DNA from: a virus
Lineage: Duplodnaviria > Caudoviricetes
Direction: 5' to 3' (one strand)
DNA: 53,922 nt
Virus record (IMG/VR): IMGVR_UViG_3300040806_002192
Span: 1 to 53,922 of that record
Both the position numbers and the translations under genes were made by a program. Under the pieces are notes generated by a model. That model made no database searches, was not told the origin of the DNA, and worked only from the letters and a program-made list of their open reading frames with translations. The first letter of the stretch is position 1. Every line of letters starts with the position of its first letter. Of this stretch, positions 34,224 through 43,523 are shown in pieces.

Positions 34224-37200
34224 ATGGCTAGAATATCAACGTACGGTCAGGACAGCACTTTAAACAAGCTAGATAAGGTATTAGGTACTGACAGTGCTAC
34301 TGGTGGAACAAAAAATTATACCATTGATTCTATAATGGGGTTAATTAATGATCAGGGCTTGGTACAAGCTTTTGATGGTTCTACTTTTAAATTTCAAAGT
34401 TATGTAGCTGGTGCCTCCGACCCTCAGGGTGTGATAAATTTAAACGCGGGAGCAGCTACTACCGCAGCTTTTTCTGCTATTAATCAAATATATATATCTA
34501 CAAAAGATTCGACCGGTCTTTCCTTAAACGAATATTTAGAAAATGCAGATAACGATTTTATAAAAATATCAAAAAAGGGTAATCTTAATCAATTTGGTAT
34601 TTTTGAAGTCACCGATATTGCTGACCATGACGGAGGTGCTTATAAGCTATTAACATTAACACCTAGAGGTACAAATGGCAATTTAGTTGTAAATGATGAC
34701 TATTTTGTATCTAATTATTCTGCTCTGTATGATATGGATTTCTCCGATGACTCCGTAACAGAGTTTGGAGATGTAACAGATGCAGGCTCAGGTGAAATTA
34801 TAACAGATGCAGAAAGAACAAGCCTAAATAACTTTACAGCTAATGGGCTTGTGCACGCTGACGTTGTAGATAACGTAACCTCAACGACTACAGACGTACC
34901 TTTATCGGCTAATCAAGGCAAAGTATTAAAAGAACTTATTGACGCTATAAATACTTTACTAACTAGTGACAATGTTGACTTAGATAGCCTTCAAGAAGTT
35001 GTAGATTTTATAGAAGCTAATAAAGATACCTTAGATAATTTAGGTATTGGCAATATAGCAGGGCTACAATCGGCTTTAAACGATAAACAAAATACAGAAG
35101 TTGGTAAAGGTTTATCGACTGAGGATTTTACTACAGCTTTACTGGCTAAATTAAATGGTATAGCTGCATCTGCTGAGGTAAATGTACAGTCTAATTGGAA
35201 TGAAGCTAATACAGGAAGCGATGCGTTTATACAAAATAAGCCTACCGATCTAACAAATTTAAGTATACATAATGTAACTGAGCTTAGTGACGTAACTTCA
35301 GCGGGCTCGGGTGATATTATAACTTCATCTGAAAGAACAAAGCTAACCGGAATTGAAACTAATGCGGATGTAACAGACACCGCAAATGTAACGGCAGCTG
35401 GAGCATTGATGGATTCAGAAGTTACTAATCTGGACGATGTTAAGTCTTTCGACCCCACGGATTATGCTACGGCAGCGCAAGGAGCGGCAGCAGATGGTGC
35501 TTTGCCGACGACGGGGGGAGCTATGACGGGAGCTATAACAACTAATAGCACATTCGACGGTAGGGATGTAGCGATAGATGGCTCTAAGCTGGATACAATT
35601 GAAAATAATGCAGATATAACAGATTTTGATAATGTTAGAGCTTCTGGCGCATTAATGGATTCAGAAGTTGCCAATTTAGCTCAGGTAAAAGCTTTTGATA
35701 CTGCTGATTACGCTACAGCTGCGCAAGGAGTAAAAGCTGATAGTGCTCAGCAGCCGCCCGCGGAAGGTCCTTTTGTAGATGGTGATAAAACTAAATTAGA
35801 CAATACAACAAGCACCACTACTACTATAGAAGTTGCTGGGACAACTAATGAAATAGAAGTTAGTCCAACAGGCCCGCAAAATTTATCAACCAATAGAACC
35901 TTTACAGTTGGTCTTCCTGATGATGTTACCATAAGCGGTGATTTAACAGTAAACGAAACAATAGAATTAGTCAACGCGCAGGCTTCAACACCTACGTTTG
36001 ATAATGGCTTATATTATAGTACAGAAGATTCCCATGACACCTTACATTTTAGGTATCATGGGCACGACATTAGTATTGATCATTTAACTGAAAATATACC
36101 AACAGGTATATTAAACGGTGGTGAACTTTCTACAAATACATCTACAACTTTTGATGTAGCTGCGGGTGACGGCGTTATTAATATTCTTAATAAAGATAAT
36201 AGCGATCCTCACCCCGAAATTAAAAAAGTTCAATGGACCGCTACAACTATAACTCATACCTTAGGCGATGCGGGTGAAACAGATCAATTAAATACATGGA
36301 TTTATGTAGATAGTACAGGCGCAATACAGCAAACACTTACAATACCAACACCATCTCTTTGGAGAAATAATATAGTATTAGGATCTGTTATACACTCTGA
36401 AAATGTAATTAGATTTGTAAAAACATTTCCTAGAACTGCTTATTCTAATGGCAATACTGTATCAGAATTTATAGAAATATTTGGTCCTCTTAAAAAATCA
36501 GGCCATTTGCTTACTGTAAATTCTAGCAATAATATGGCTCTTGATAGATCCACAGGGGTTGCTTTTGCATTGGGTAGAAATTATGCAACAGATGCAGAAG
36601 AGCCAAATCTTGTTAGCGACGGAGCTAGCACCCCTGTATTTCATAGGTACTCAAGCACCTCTGGAGGTTTTACAAAAGATGACGGAGTAGCTGGGGCTGG
36701 ATATACAAGTATTGATCCTACTAAATATGATAATAACGGTACTTTAACAAGCGTATCTGGAGGTAACTATTCAGTACAAAGATTATACTATTTTCCAAAT
36801 AACACAAGCGTAATTGTTGCTTATTACGGAAAAAATGAGTATGCCTCAATGGATGCCGCTGAACAAAATTATCTTTTAGAAAACTTTCAAGAAGCGGAAA
36901 ACACAAATAGCCAAGCTATATACTTAGGCGCTATCATATTAAAAGGTAATGTTACTAATTTAAATACAGCTGCAGATGCTAAAATATTAACAGGTGGCAT
37001 ATTTAGAAGTTTATCGGCTACTAATTTAGGTGGAGTCGCTGCGGGCGCTATATTGAATGATTTAGCTGACGTAGAAATAGTTAGTCCTTCTAATAATGAA
37101 TCTATTATTTATAATTCTTCTACAGGGCTTTTTGAAAATAAAAACCTTGAGTTTGATTATGATTTAGTAGTAGATTCTAAAATAGTTACAAAGCATAACA

Positions 37201-39056
37201 ATAACGCAAAAGTTATGGTTACTACTGTAGCTACTAAAACTGCTGCTCATCCAGCACATAATGTTGGAAGTTCATCTGGTTTTGTTATAGATGGCGTAGA
37301 GTCTCCTGAATTAACATTTGCTGTTGGGAACACTTACTATTTTGATCAATCTGACTCAAGTAATTCAAATCATCCGTTAAGATTTTATTACGACGAAAAT
37401 AAAACAACTCAATATACAGCCGGTGTAACTACAGCTGGCATTCCTGGCCAAGCCGGTGCATATACGCAAATAGTGCCGAGCCAATCAACACCTAATGTTT
37501 TATACTATCAATGTTCTTCTCATTTAAACATGGGCTGGAAAACTGTATTTAATACAAGAAATTTAACAGGTTTTTCAACAAATGATTTAACTGAAGATAC
37601 TAATTTATATTATACAGATGCAAGGTTTGATACAAGGCTTAGCTTAAAAGACACTGGTGATTTATCAGAAGGCTCTAATCTTTATTACACGGAAGCAAGA
37701 GTACTGAGCAAAATTAACTTAACGAGCGTTGATGCTCTCAGCGATGTAGACACCACAACAAGCGCGCCGTCTTCCGGACAGGCTCTTGTTTGGGATGGAA
37801 GTAATTTTGTACCAGACACTGTAGGCAGCACTTTAACAGTACAAGAAGAAGGCAGTTCGTTAACCGGTGCAGCAACTACATTAAATTTTGTAGGCCCAAG
37901 TGTTACGGCCTCAGGCTCAGGCGGCACAAAAACGATAACTATAGGGGGTAGCATTGGCGATTTATCTGATGTAGACATCACAAGTAACGCTCCTTCTACA
38001 GGACAAATATTAAAATGGAATGGAACTAATTTCGTTCCAGGTACCGATAATTCCGGATCTGCTGCATCCGATTCTTTTGCCACTATTTCTGTTTCAGGAG
38101 AAACAAACGTCGTGGCTGATTCAAGTTCAGATACGCTTACTTTTGTTGCTGGAGACGGAATAACAATAACCACTGATTCTGCAACAGATTCAATAACTTT
38201 TGAAGCTGACGGTGGATCCGGGTCTGCAACTTTTACAGTGGACAATTTTACAGGAAATGGAAGCACAGCCACTTACCAGTTGACTGCCTCTCCAACTTCT
38301 GAGAATTTTACGGATATTTATTTTGATGGTGTGTATCAACAAAAAGATACATATACTTTAAATGCTTCTACTGATCAAATAACTTTTGATGCAAACGTGG
38401 CTAATGGTGTGAGTATAGAGGTAAGGTCCTTGGCAAACTTATCAGCTGCTGATGCCGCTAAAACAAATCTAGTTTCTGATTCGTTTACCGCAACAGCTGA
38501 CCAAACAACATTCACTTTAGTTAACGGAACACCAAGCACAAAAGAACTTACAATGGTTTTTGTTCAAGGTGTATATCAGTCTAAAGCAAATTATAGCTTA
38601 ACGTCTGGAAACATAGTGTTTTCCACTGGAGTGGAAGCAGGGGATGTCGTTGAAGTAATTTCAATAAGCGGGGCTAATATAACAACAAGTCCTGTAACAA
38701 GTGTTGATGGAAACACAGGAGCTGTAACCTCTGCTGTAACAAGCGTAAACGGCCAAACAGGTGCAGTTACAGTTGCTTCTACAATGGGAGTTAATGTAAT
38801 AAGCTCAGATACAACTGCTACAGCAAATAATCTTTATGTGTTTACGGCAAATCTTACGTTAACACTTCCGACTAGTCCAAGTGCGGGCGACTCTATAAAA
38901 ATTTCAAATAGATCTGGAGTCACAACTTGCGTGCTCGCTAGAAACGGTAGTAATATAATGGGCAGCGGGTCTGATCTTACGTTAGATACGGCATCTGCAA
39001 GTTTTGAATTAATATACTCTGACGCAACAAACGGTTGGGTAATAATAGGGCAATAA
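34224..39056 (+). CDS. Long mosaic tail fibre protein
   Basis: 1610 aa, Thr/Ser/Asp-rich, with paired internal repeats, a cupredoxin-like module, VTSVNGQTG repeats and a C-terminal TLTLP.SPS.GD...GW domain. Confidence 0.85.
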   Translation: MARISTYGQDSTLNKLDKVLGTDSATGGTKNYTIDSIMGLINDQGLVQAFDGSTFKFQSYVAGASDPQGVINLNAGAATTAAFSAINQIYISTKDSTGLSLNEYLENADNDFIKISKKGNLNQFGIFEVTDIADHDGGAYKLLTLTPRGTNGNLVVNDDYFVSNYSALYDMDFSDDSVTEFGDVTDAGSGEIITDAERTSLNNFTANGLVHADVVDNVTSTTTDVPLSANQGKVLKELIDAINTLLTSDNVDLDSLQEVVDFIEANKDTLDNLGIGNIAGLQSALNDKQNTEVGKGLSTEDFTTALLAKLNGIAASAEVNVQSNWNEANTGSDAFIQNKPTDLTNLSIHNVTELSDVTSAGSGDIITSSERTKLTGIETNADVTDTANVTAAGALMDSEVTNLDDVKSFDPTDYATAAQGAAADGALPTTGGAMTGAITTNSTFDGRDVAIDGSKLDTIENNADITDFDNVRASGALMDSEVANLAQVKAFDTADYATAAQGVKADSAQQPPAEGPFVDGDKTKLDNTTSTTTTIEVAGTTNEIEVSPTGPQNLSTNRTFTVGLPDDVTISGDLTVNETIELVNAQASTPTFDNGLYYSTEDSHDTLHFRYHGHDISIDHLTENIPTGILNGGELSTNTSTTFDVAAGDGVINILNKDNSDPHPEIKKVQWTATTITHTLGDAGETDQLNTWIYVDSTGAIQQTLTIPTPSLWRNNIVLGSVIHSENVIRFVKTFPRTAYSNGNTVSEFIEIFGPLKKSGHLLTVNSSNNMALDRSTGVAFALGRNYATDAEEPNLVSDGASTPVFHRYSSTSGGFTKDDGVAGAGYTSIDPTKYDNNGTLTSVSGGNYSVQRLYYFPNNTSVIVAYYGKNEYASMDAAEQNYLLENFQEAENTNSQAIYLGAIILKGNVTNLNTAADAKILTGGIFRSLSATNLGGVAAGAILNDLADVEIVSPSNNESIIYNSSTGLFENKNLEFDYDLVVDSKIVTKHNNNAKVMVTTVATKTAAHPAHNVGSSSGFVIDGVESPELTFAVGNTYYFDQSDSSNSNHPLRFYYDENKTTQYTAGVTTAGIPGQAGAYTQIVPSQSTPNVLYYQCSSHLNMGWKTVFNTRNLTGFSTNDLTEDTNLYYTDARFDTRLSLKDTGDLSEGSNLYYTEARVLSKINLTSVDALSDVDTTTSAPSSGQALVWDGSNFVPDTVGSTLTVQEEGSSLTGAATTLNFVGPSVTASGSGGTKTITIGGSIGDLSDVDITSNAPSTGQILKWNGTNFVPGTDNSGSAASDSFATISVSGETNVVADSSSDTLTFVAGDGITITTDSATDSITFEADGGSGSATFTVDNFTGNGSTATYQLTASPTSENFTDIYFDGVYQQKDTYTLNASTDQITFDANVANGVSIEVRSLANLSAADAAKTNLVSDSFTATADQTTFTLVNGTPSTKELTMVFVQGVYQSKANYSLTSGNIVFSTGVEAGDVVEVISISGANITTSPVTSVDGNTGAVTSAVTSVNGQTGAVTVASTMGVNVISSDTTATANNLYVFTANLTLTLPTSPSAGDSIKISNRSGVTTCVLARNGSNIMGSGSDLTLDTASASFELIYSDATNGWVIIGQ
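35349..35750 (+). repeat. Internal ~52-aa duplication in the tail fibre
   Basis: GIETNADVTDTANVTAAGALMDSEVTNLDDVKSFDPTDYATAAQG versus TIENNADITDFDNVRASGALMDSEVANLAQVKAFDTADYATAAQG. Confidence 0.85.
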
Positions 39057-39057
39057 T

Positions 39058-39618
39058 ATGAGTAATCTATCAACATTTTTTCCGGCAGCTTCTAGCACAA
39101 ATGTATTAGAACATTTAATTTGGCAGCCAGACGGCAGAACTATAAAAACTGTTAATGGAGATAAAACAGCAGATAATGTAACTGCGTATGCAATCGCTCC
39201 AGCTAGTTTTACAGATTTTGGTAGCACTATTTCTTATACACCTCCTGAAGGAACTAAAAATTTATTATTTGCTATGAATTTTAATTATGTAAGGGAAGGC
39301 TCAACTAGTACCATATGGCTTACCTCTATATATGTAGATAGTACAAATGTAACTACATCCCATGATTCTATGTATGGCGGCACTACTGATTACTATAATA
39401 CAGTAAACGTACAAAGATGCCTCCAGGTAGGTGCATCTTCAGAAAATATTGCTAATGGAATAATAGGGACTTGGACTAGTGATAAAGTTTTAGAATATAG
39501 AATTGGTTCGTATAATACTAGTAGTTATAGAGTAGGGATAGGCAAAAACGTTTATAATTTTGGGGGTAGCGAAAATACTTTTCAAAGACCAACGTATCAA
39601 TTAATAGCAACAACTTAA
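39058..39618 (+). CDS. Fibre-associated beta-rich protein
   Basis: MSNLSTFFP start and ISYTPP motif; directly follows the tail fibre. Confidence 0.6.
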   Translation: MSNLSTFFPAASSTNVLEHLIWQPDGRTIKTVNGDKTADNVTAYAIAPASFTDFGSTISYTPPEGTKNLLFAMNFNYVREGSTSTIWLTSIYVDSTNVTTSHDSMYGGTTDYYNTVNVQRCLQVGASSENIANGIIGTWTSDKVLEYRIGSYNTSSYRVGIGKNVYNFGGSENTFQRPTYQLIATT

Positions 39619-39621
39619 ATT

Positions 39622-39924
39622 ATGATTTCATATACATATCAAATATTATCATTAAGAAAGCATAACGATACTTTTTTAAATAATATAAAAAGCTTTAAAA
39701 TACGTATTACCGGTACAGAGGGTGGCGAATCATATTATGCGGATGATGAAATATTATTAGATATGCCTTCTGAAGAATCATTTATTGAATACCAAAATTT
39801 AACTGAACAAAATTTAATTGATTGGTATCAAGATGGTATAAGAGAAGAAATGGTTAAATACGATATACAACAAAAATTTAATTTAAACGTAGGTGCTGAA
39901 ACAAATAATTTTCCTTGGTTATGA
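39622..39924 (+). CDS. Fibre-associated small protein (chaperone-like)
   Basis: FIEYQNLTEQNLIDW...FPW motif. Confidence 0.6.
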   Translation: MISYTYQILSLRKHNDTFLNNIKSFKIRITGTEGGESYYADDEILLDMPSEESFIEYQNLTEQNLIDWYQDGIREEMVKYDIQQKFNLNVGAETNNFPWL

Positions 39925-40844
39925 TAGGAGCATCGCAATTAATTAATGTATTTAGCGGCGGATCTGTGCCTGTAGCGGTGCACTTTTTAGTAGTTGCCGG
40001 GGGAGGCGCAGGTGCAGGATTAAGTTCAGGAAGTGGAGGTGGAGGAGCAGGGGGGCTTAGGACTTCTTTCGCGGCTTCAGGCGGTGGTGCATCAGCTGAA
40101 TCGCAAGTAACGTTAAACCCGGATATTACATATACCGCATCAGTTGGAAGTGGCGGAACGGGTACAAGTAGTGGAAACAAGTATGCGCAGCGCGGAGGCG
40201 GTTCTTCTTTATCAGGCTCAGATATAACAACAATAGGTTGTACGGGCGGCGGCGGGGGCGGTCCTCACAGAAGTATTCAAGGCCAATATCCATATTCAGG
40301 GCAAAGCGGAGGTTCTGGAGGTGGGGGGTGCACTATTGGCGGTACATACAGTGGTGGTGGTGGTGCTGCTAACCAAGGTTTTGCTGGTGGTTCAGGGTCT
40401 AATACAGGCGGAGGTGGAGGAGGTTCTGCCGAAGCTGGTGGGGGTAGTTGTTCAATATATACAGATACTCAAAGAGGCGGAGATGGAAATGCTGTTAACA
40501 TTATAAGCACCTCAAATGCAACAACTTCGTCAATAGGAGAAGTAATAGGTACAGATGTTTTTTTTGCAGGTGGCGGTTCGGGCAATGGATATTCTGGGGG
40601 TAACGCATCAGGTTGTGGTGGTAATGGTGGTGGAGGAGAACCCTCCGCAAGCGGAAGTGTAAATTCAGGCGGAGGAGGATCGGCACCATACAATTCAGCC
40701 GCGAGGCCTGGAGGGTCAGGAATTGTAATTTTAAGAATGCCAACTGCAAATTACTCAGGCGTAACAACAGGTTCTCCTGATGTTTATACAGAAGGAACTG
40801 ATACTGTTATTGTTTTCAAAGGAACAGGAACTTATACACATTGA
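39915..40844 (+). CDS. Glycine-rich tail fibre/adhesin protein
   Basis: FLVVAGGG.....GGGGAGG...GGSGIVILR. Confidence 0.75.
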   Translation: MVMIGASQLINVFSGGSVPVAVHFLVVAGGGAGAGLSSGSGGGGAGGLRTSFAASGGGASAESQVTLNPDITYTASVGSGGTGTSSGNKYAQRGGGSSLSGSDITTIGCTGGGGGGPHRSIQGQYPYSGQSGGSGGGGCTIGGTYSGGGGAANQGFAGGSGSNTGGGGGGSAEAGGGSCSIYTDTQRGGDGNAVNIISTSNATTSSIGEVIGTDVFFAGGGSGNGYSGGNASGCGGNGGGGEPSASGSVNSGGGGSAPYNSAARPGGSGIVILRMPTANYSGVTTGSPDVYTEGTDTVIVFKGTGTYTH

Positions 40845-41212
40845 TTATGGCACACTTTGCAAGATTAAATTCAGACAATATTGTAATTGAAGTATTGGTT
40901 GTGAAAAATGAAGTTTTACTAAATGATTTAAACGAAGAACAAGAATCTTTGGGAATTGAATTTTTAAAATCAATATTTGGACAAGATACCAAATGGGTTC
41001 AAACTTCATATAATAACAATATAAGAAACAAATTTGCTGGGTTAGATGAATTTTATGATGAACAAAATGACGTATTTTATCCCCAACAACCTTTTGACTC
41101 TTGGACATTAAACACAACAAGTTGGGATTGGGAAGCTCCAGTAGCATATCCTAATGATGACAATCTATATGAGTGGGATGAAGAAGATCAAACTTGGAAT
41201 TTAATAGAATAA
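40841..41212 (+). CDS. Fibre-associated protein (MAHFA family)
   Basis: MAHFARL...WVQTSYN..IR.KFAG...F..QQPFDSW.L....W.WEAPV.YP. Confidence 0.7.
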   Translation: MIMAHFARLNSDNIVIEVLVVKNEVLLNDLNEEQESLGIEFLKSIFGQDTKWVQTSYNNNIRNKFAGLDEFYDEQNDVFYPQQPFDSWTLNTTSWDWEAPVAYPNDDNLYEWDEEDQTWNLIE

Positions 41213-41218
41213 CAAACA

Positions 41219-41569
41219 ATGGCTTTAACAAAAATAACTTCTGGCATAATAGCTACAGAATTTACTACTTCAGCAAATTTAGTGTCAGGCGCATCCGTAT
41301 CTGTTGATTGGAATAGTGCGCAAATATTTAGAATAACTCCTAATCATGCTATAACATTTTCTTTTACAGATTATAAAATAGGTATGGTAAAAATAATTAT
41401 TGCTACAGGAGCTGGTGGAAGCAACACGCTTACCTTTCCATCAGAGGCAATTAAATTAAGTGGAGATTACGACGACACAAGTGGTACTAAAAATTTTATA
41501 CAAATAGTGTGTACAGATGACGACGGTACTCCCGAATTTTTCTATACAATATCTCAAGAAGCCACATAA
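41219..41569 (+). CDS. Structural/fibre-associated protein
   Basis: MALTKI start, beta-rich. Confidence 0.6.
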   Translation: MALTKITSGIIATEFTTSANLVSGASVSVDWNSAQIFRITPNHAITFSFTDYKIGMVKIIIATGAGGSNTLTFPSEAIKLSGDYDDTSGTKNFIQIVCTDDDGTPEFFYTISQEAT

Positions 41570-41580
41570 AATTAAATAAA

Positions 41581-41997
41581 ATGGCTAAAAAACGTTTTAA
41601 AGAAACTGCGGTTGGTAAATTTTTATTGCAAAAAATACCTTCAGTAGTTGGCGCAATAGCAGAGGATACCCCTGTTGGAAGTGTTATACAGGCTATTATA
41701 GGTGGATCCGACATGAGCGCTGAAGATAAAGATATAGCATTAAAAAAGCTTGAACTTGAAAGGGCTGAAATGGATGGCATAACTAGAAGATGGGTTGCTG
41801 ACGCAAGATCCGGATCGTGGATTGCTTCTAACGTACGGCCTTTAACTTTAGTTTTTTTAACAGTTGCTTTTGTAATTGGGTGGTATTTAGAAATAAAAGA
41901 ATTAGATACAGTTAAAGAATTATTAACTATTGTATTCATAGGATATTTTGGTTCGCGAGGAGCGGAAAAGATTATGGGCAATAATCGACACAAATGA
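41581..41997 (+). CDS. Holin (3TM/GTA-holin-like)
   Basis: RW..D..S.SW...NVRPL plus two TM helices and YFGSRGAEK; upstream of the endolysin. Confidence 0.75.
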   Translation: MAKKRFKETAVGKFLLQKIPSVVGAIAEDTPVGSVIQAIIGGSDMSAEDKDIALKKLELERAEMDGITRRWVADARSGSWIASNVRPLTLVFLTVAFVIGWYLEIKELDTVKELLTIVFIGYFGSRGAEKIMGNNRHK

Positions 41998-42146
41998 CAG
42001 ATTTAAAAATATACGGAATAAACATTACAGCATTATTAGCTAGCTCGCCTATTGTGGAAGGTATAAACCCTTTGCTACAGACAATTGTACTCTTATTAAC
42101 TATAGTATATACAGCAACAAATATATATGCAAAATTTAAAAAGTAA
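41994..42146 (+). CDS. 50-aa membrane protein in lysis cassette (below cutoff)
   Basis: MTDLKIYGINITALLASSPIVEGINPLLQTIVLLLTIVYTATNIYAKFKK*; ATGA and TAATG coupling. Confidence 0.6.
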   Translation: MTDLKIYGINITALLASSPIVEGINPLLQTIVLLLTIVYTATNIYAKFKK

Positions 42147-42478
42147 TGAAAAAATCAAATTTAAATGTTAATTTAGAAGATCTTGATCCTAAAATGATAG
42201 AATTTATAGCTAAGCTTGAAAAGGTTTTAGATAGAGAACTTGTGGCTACTTCAGGCTATAGATCGCCCGAACATCCCATTGAAGCTAAAAAAGAAAAACC
42301 AGGGGAGCATGCAGAAGGTCTCGCTGTAGACGTTATTGCGGTAGGCGGGCCGTCTGTTTACGAAATAGTTTCAAAAGCTATAAAGCTAGGCTGTAAAAGA
42401 ATAGGAATATCAAGAAAATCAAATTTTATCCACCTTGGCTTATCCCCCGATAGGGTTAATTCAATTTGGACTTATTAA
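42146..42478 (+). CDS. Endolysin, peptidase M15 family
   Basis: TSGYRSPEH...H..G.AVD...RIGI...FIHL. Confidence 0.85.
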   Translation: MKKSNLNVNLEDLDPKMIEFIAKLEKVLDRELVATSGYRSPEHPIEAKKEKPGEHAEGLAVDVIAVGGPSVYEIVSKAIKLGCKRIGISRKSNFIHLGLSPDRVNSIWTY

Positions 42479-42487
42479 AATATTACA

Positions 42488-42709
42488 ATGAAATTAATTA
42501 GAAAAATATCTATAGGCCAAGATTATAAGAATGAGGCTATGCATTATTCTGTAGGCCAAGACGTATACGGTGGGCATAAAATTTGCGACATACTGCGTAC
42601 AGAAGATGGGTCATATCAAATATACATTGAAAAGATGGGCTCACAATTACCTTGGAAGCATTTTAATAAAAACATGGCTATATCAATAGAATATAACTTA
42701 GATTATTGA
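42488..42709 (+). CDS. Conserved hypothetical protein
   Basis: IRKISIGQDYK..AMHY.VGQ...WK.FN. Confidence 0.65.
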   Translation: MKLIRKISIGQDYKNEAMHYSVGQDVYGGHKICDILRTEDGSYQIYIEKMGSQLPWKHFNKNMAISIEYNLDY

Positions 42710-43297
42710 ATGAGATCATTATACAATTATATTATATCAACAAATAACAGATACAAAAATAAAACGTCTGTTGAAGGAAAAGAGCTTATATTAAATACCG
42801 AAGTTACCGAAAGAGATTACGAATTTGTAAATAGAGTAGGCACAGTTGTAAGCGTTCCTATAAATATAAAAACCCCTATAAAACCAGGCGACCATGTTAT
42901 AATACATCATAACGTATTTAGAAGATGGTATGACATTAGAGGTAACGAGAGAAATTCAGGTAATTATATAGACGAAAACAGATACACCGTATCGCCAGAA
43001 GAATTGTTTGCTTATAAACAAAACGATAAATGGCATTGCCCTAATATGTATTGTTTTGTAGAGCCTTTACAAAACGAAGACATATGGAGCACCGAAAGCG
43101 AACAAAAACTTTTAGGAGTGCTTACATATACTAATGACTATTTAACCTCGTTAGGTGTAGTCTGTGGCGATACTGTAGGGTTTACACCCGATTCTGAATA
43201 CGAATTTAACATAGATGATAAAAAATTATATAGAATTTTATCAACAGAAATAACTATCAACTATGGACATAAAAAAGAAACGCATACTTATTCTTGA
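42710..43297 (+). CDS. GroES-like (tandem) co-chaperonin-like protein
   Basis: GTVVSVP...IKPGDHVI..H and YCFVEP...GV......GDTVGF...EF.ID...YRI. Confidence 0.55.
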   Translation: MRSLYNYIISTNNRYKNKTSVEGKELILNTEVTERDYEFVNRVGTVVSVPINIKTPIKPGDHVIIHHNVFRRWYDIRGNERNSGNYIDENRYTVSPEELFAYKQNDKWHCPNMYCFVEPLQNEDIWSTESEQKLLGVLTYTNDYLTSLGVVCGDTVGFTPDSEYEFNIDDKKLYRILSTEITINYGHKKETHTYS

Positions 43298-43523
43298 AGC
43301 TGCTGAAAATTCAATTAATGAATTAATAAAAGTAATGAATAAGAAAATGGATCCAGATGAACTCGATCCTGAAAAAGTAAAAATATCAGCCTCAGCTTAC
43401 AGGCTTGCAATGGAAGATGCTATTATGCTTTTACAAAAAGTAGAAGAAATAAATGAAATGATGAACGAAACGCCCAAGACTGCTAAAGATAGTTTTTACG
43501 GTGTAGAAAACAGGGTTAAATAA
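43263..43523 (+). CDS. Helical protein upstream of TerL (candidate small terminase)
   Basis: Position and TAATG coupling to terL only. Confidence 0.45.
   Translation: MDIKKKRILILEAAENSINELIKVMNKKMDPDELDPEKVKISASAYRLAMEDAIMLLQKVEEINEMMNETPKTAKDSFYGVENRVK

Noticed and set aside
39990-40720. G-rich GGN runs as a G-quadruplex or diversity-generating repeat
   Set aside because: Fully explained by glycine codons of the Gly-rich fibre protein; no reverse transcriptase or TR/VR pair was seen.
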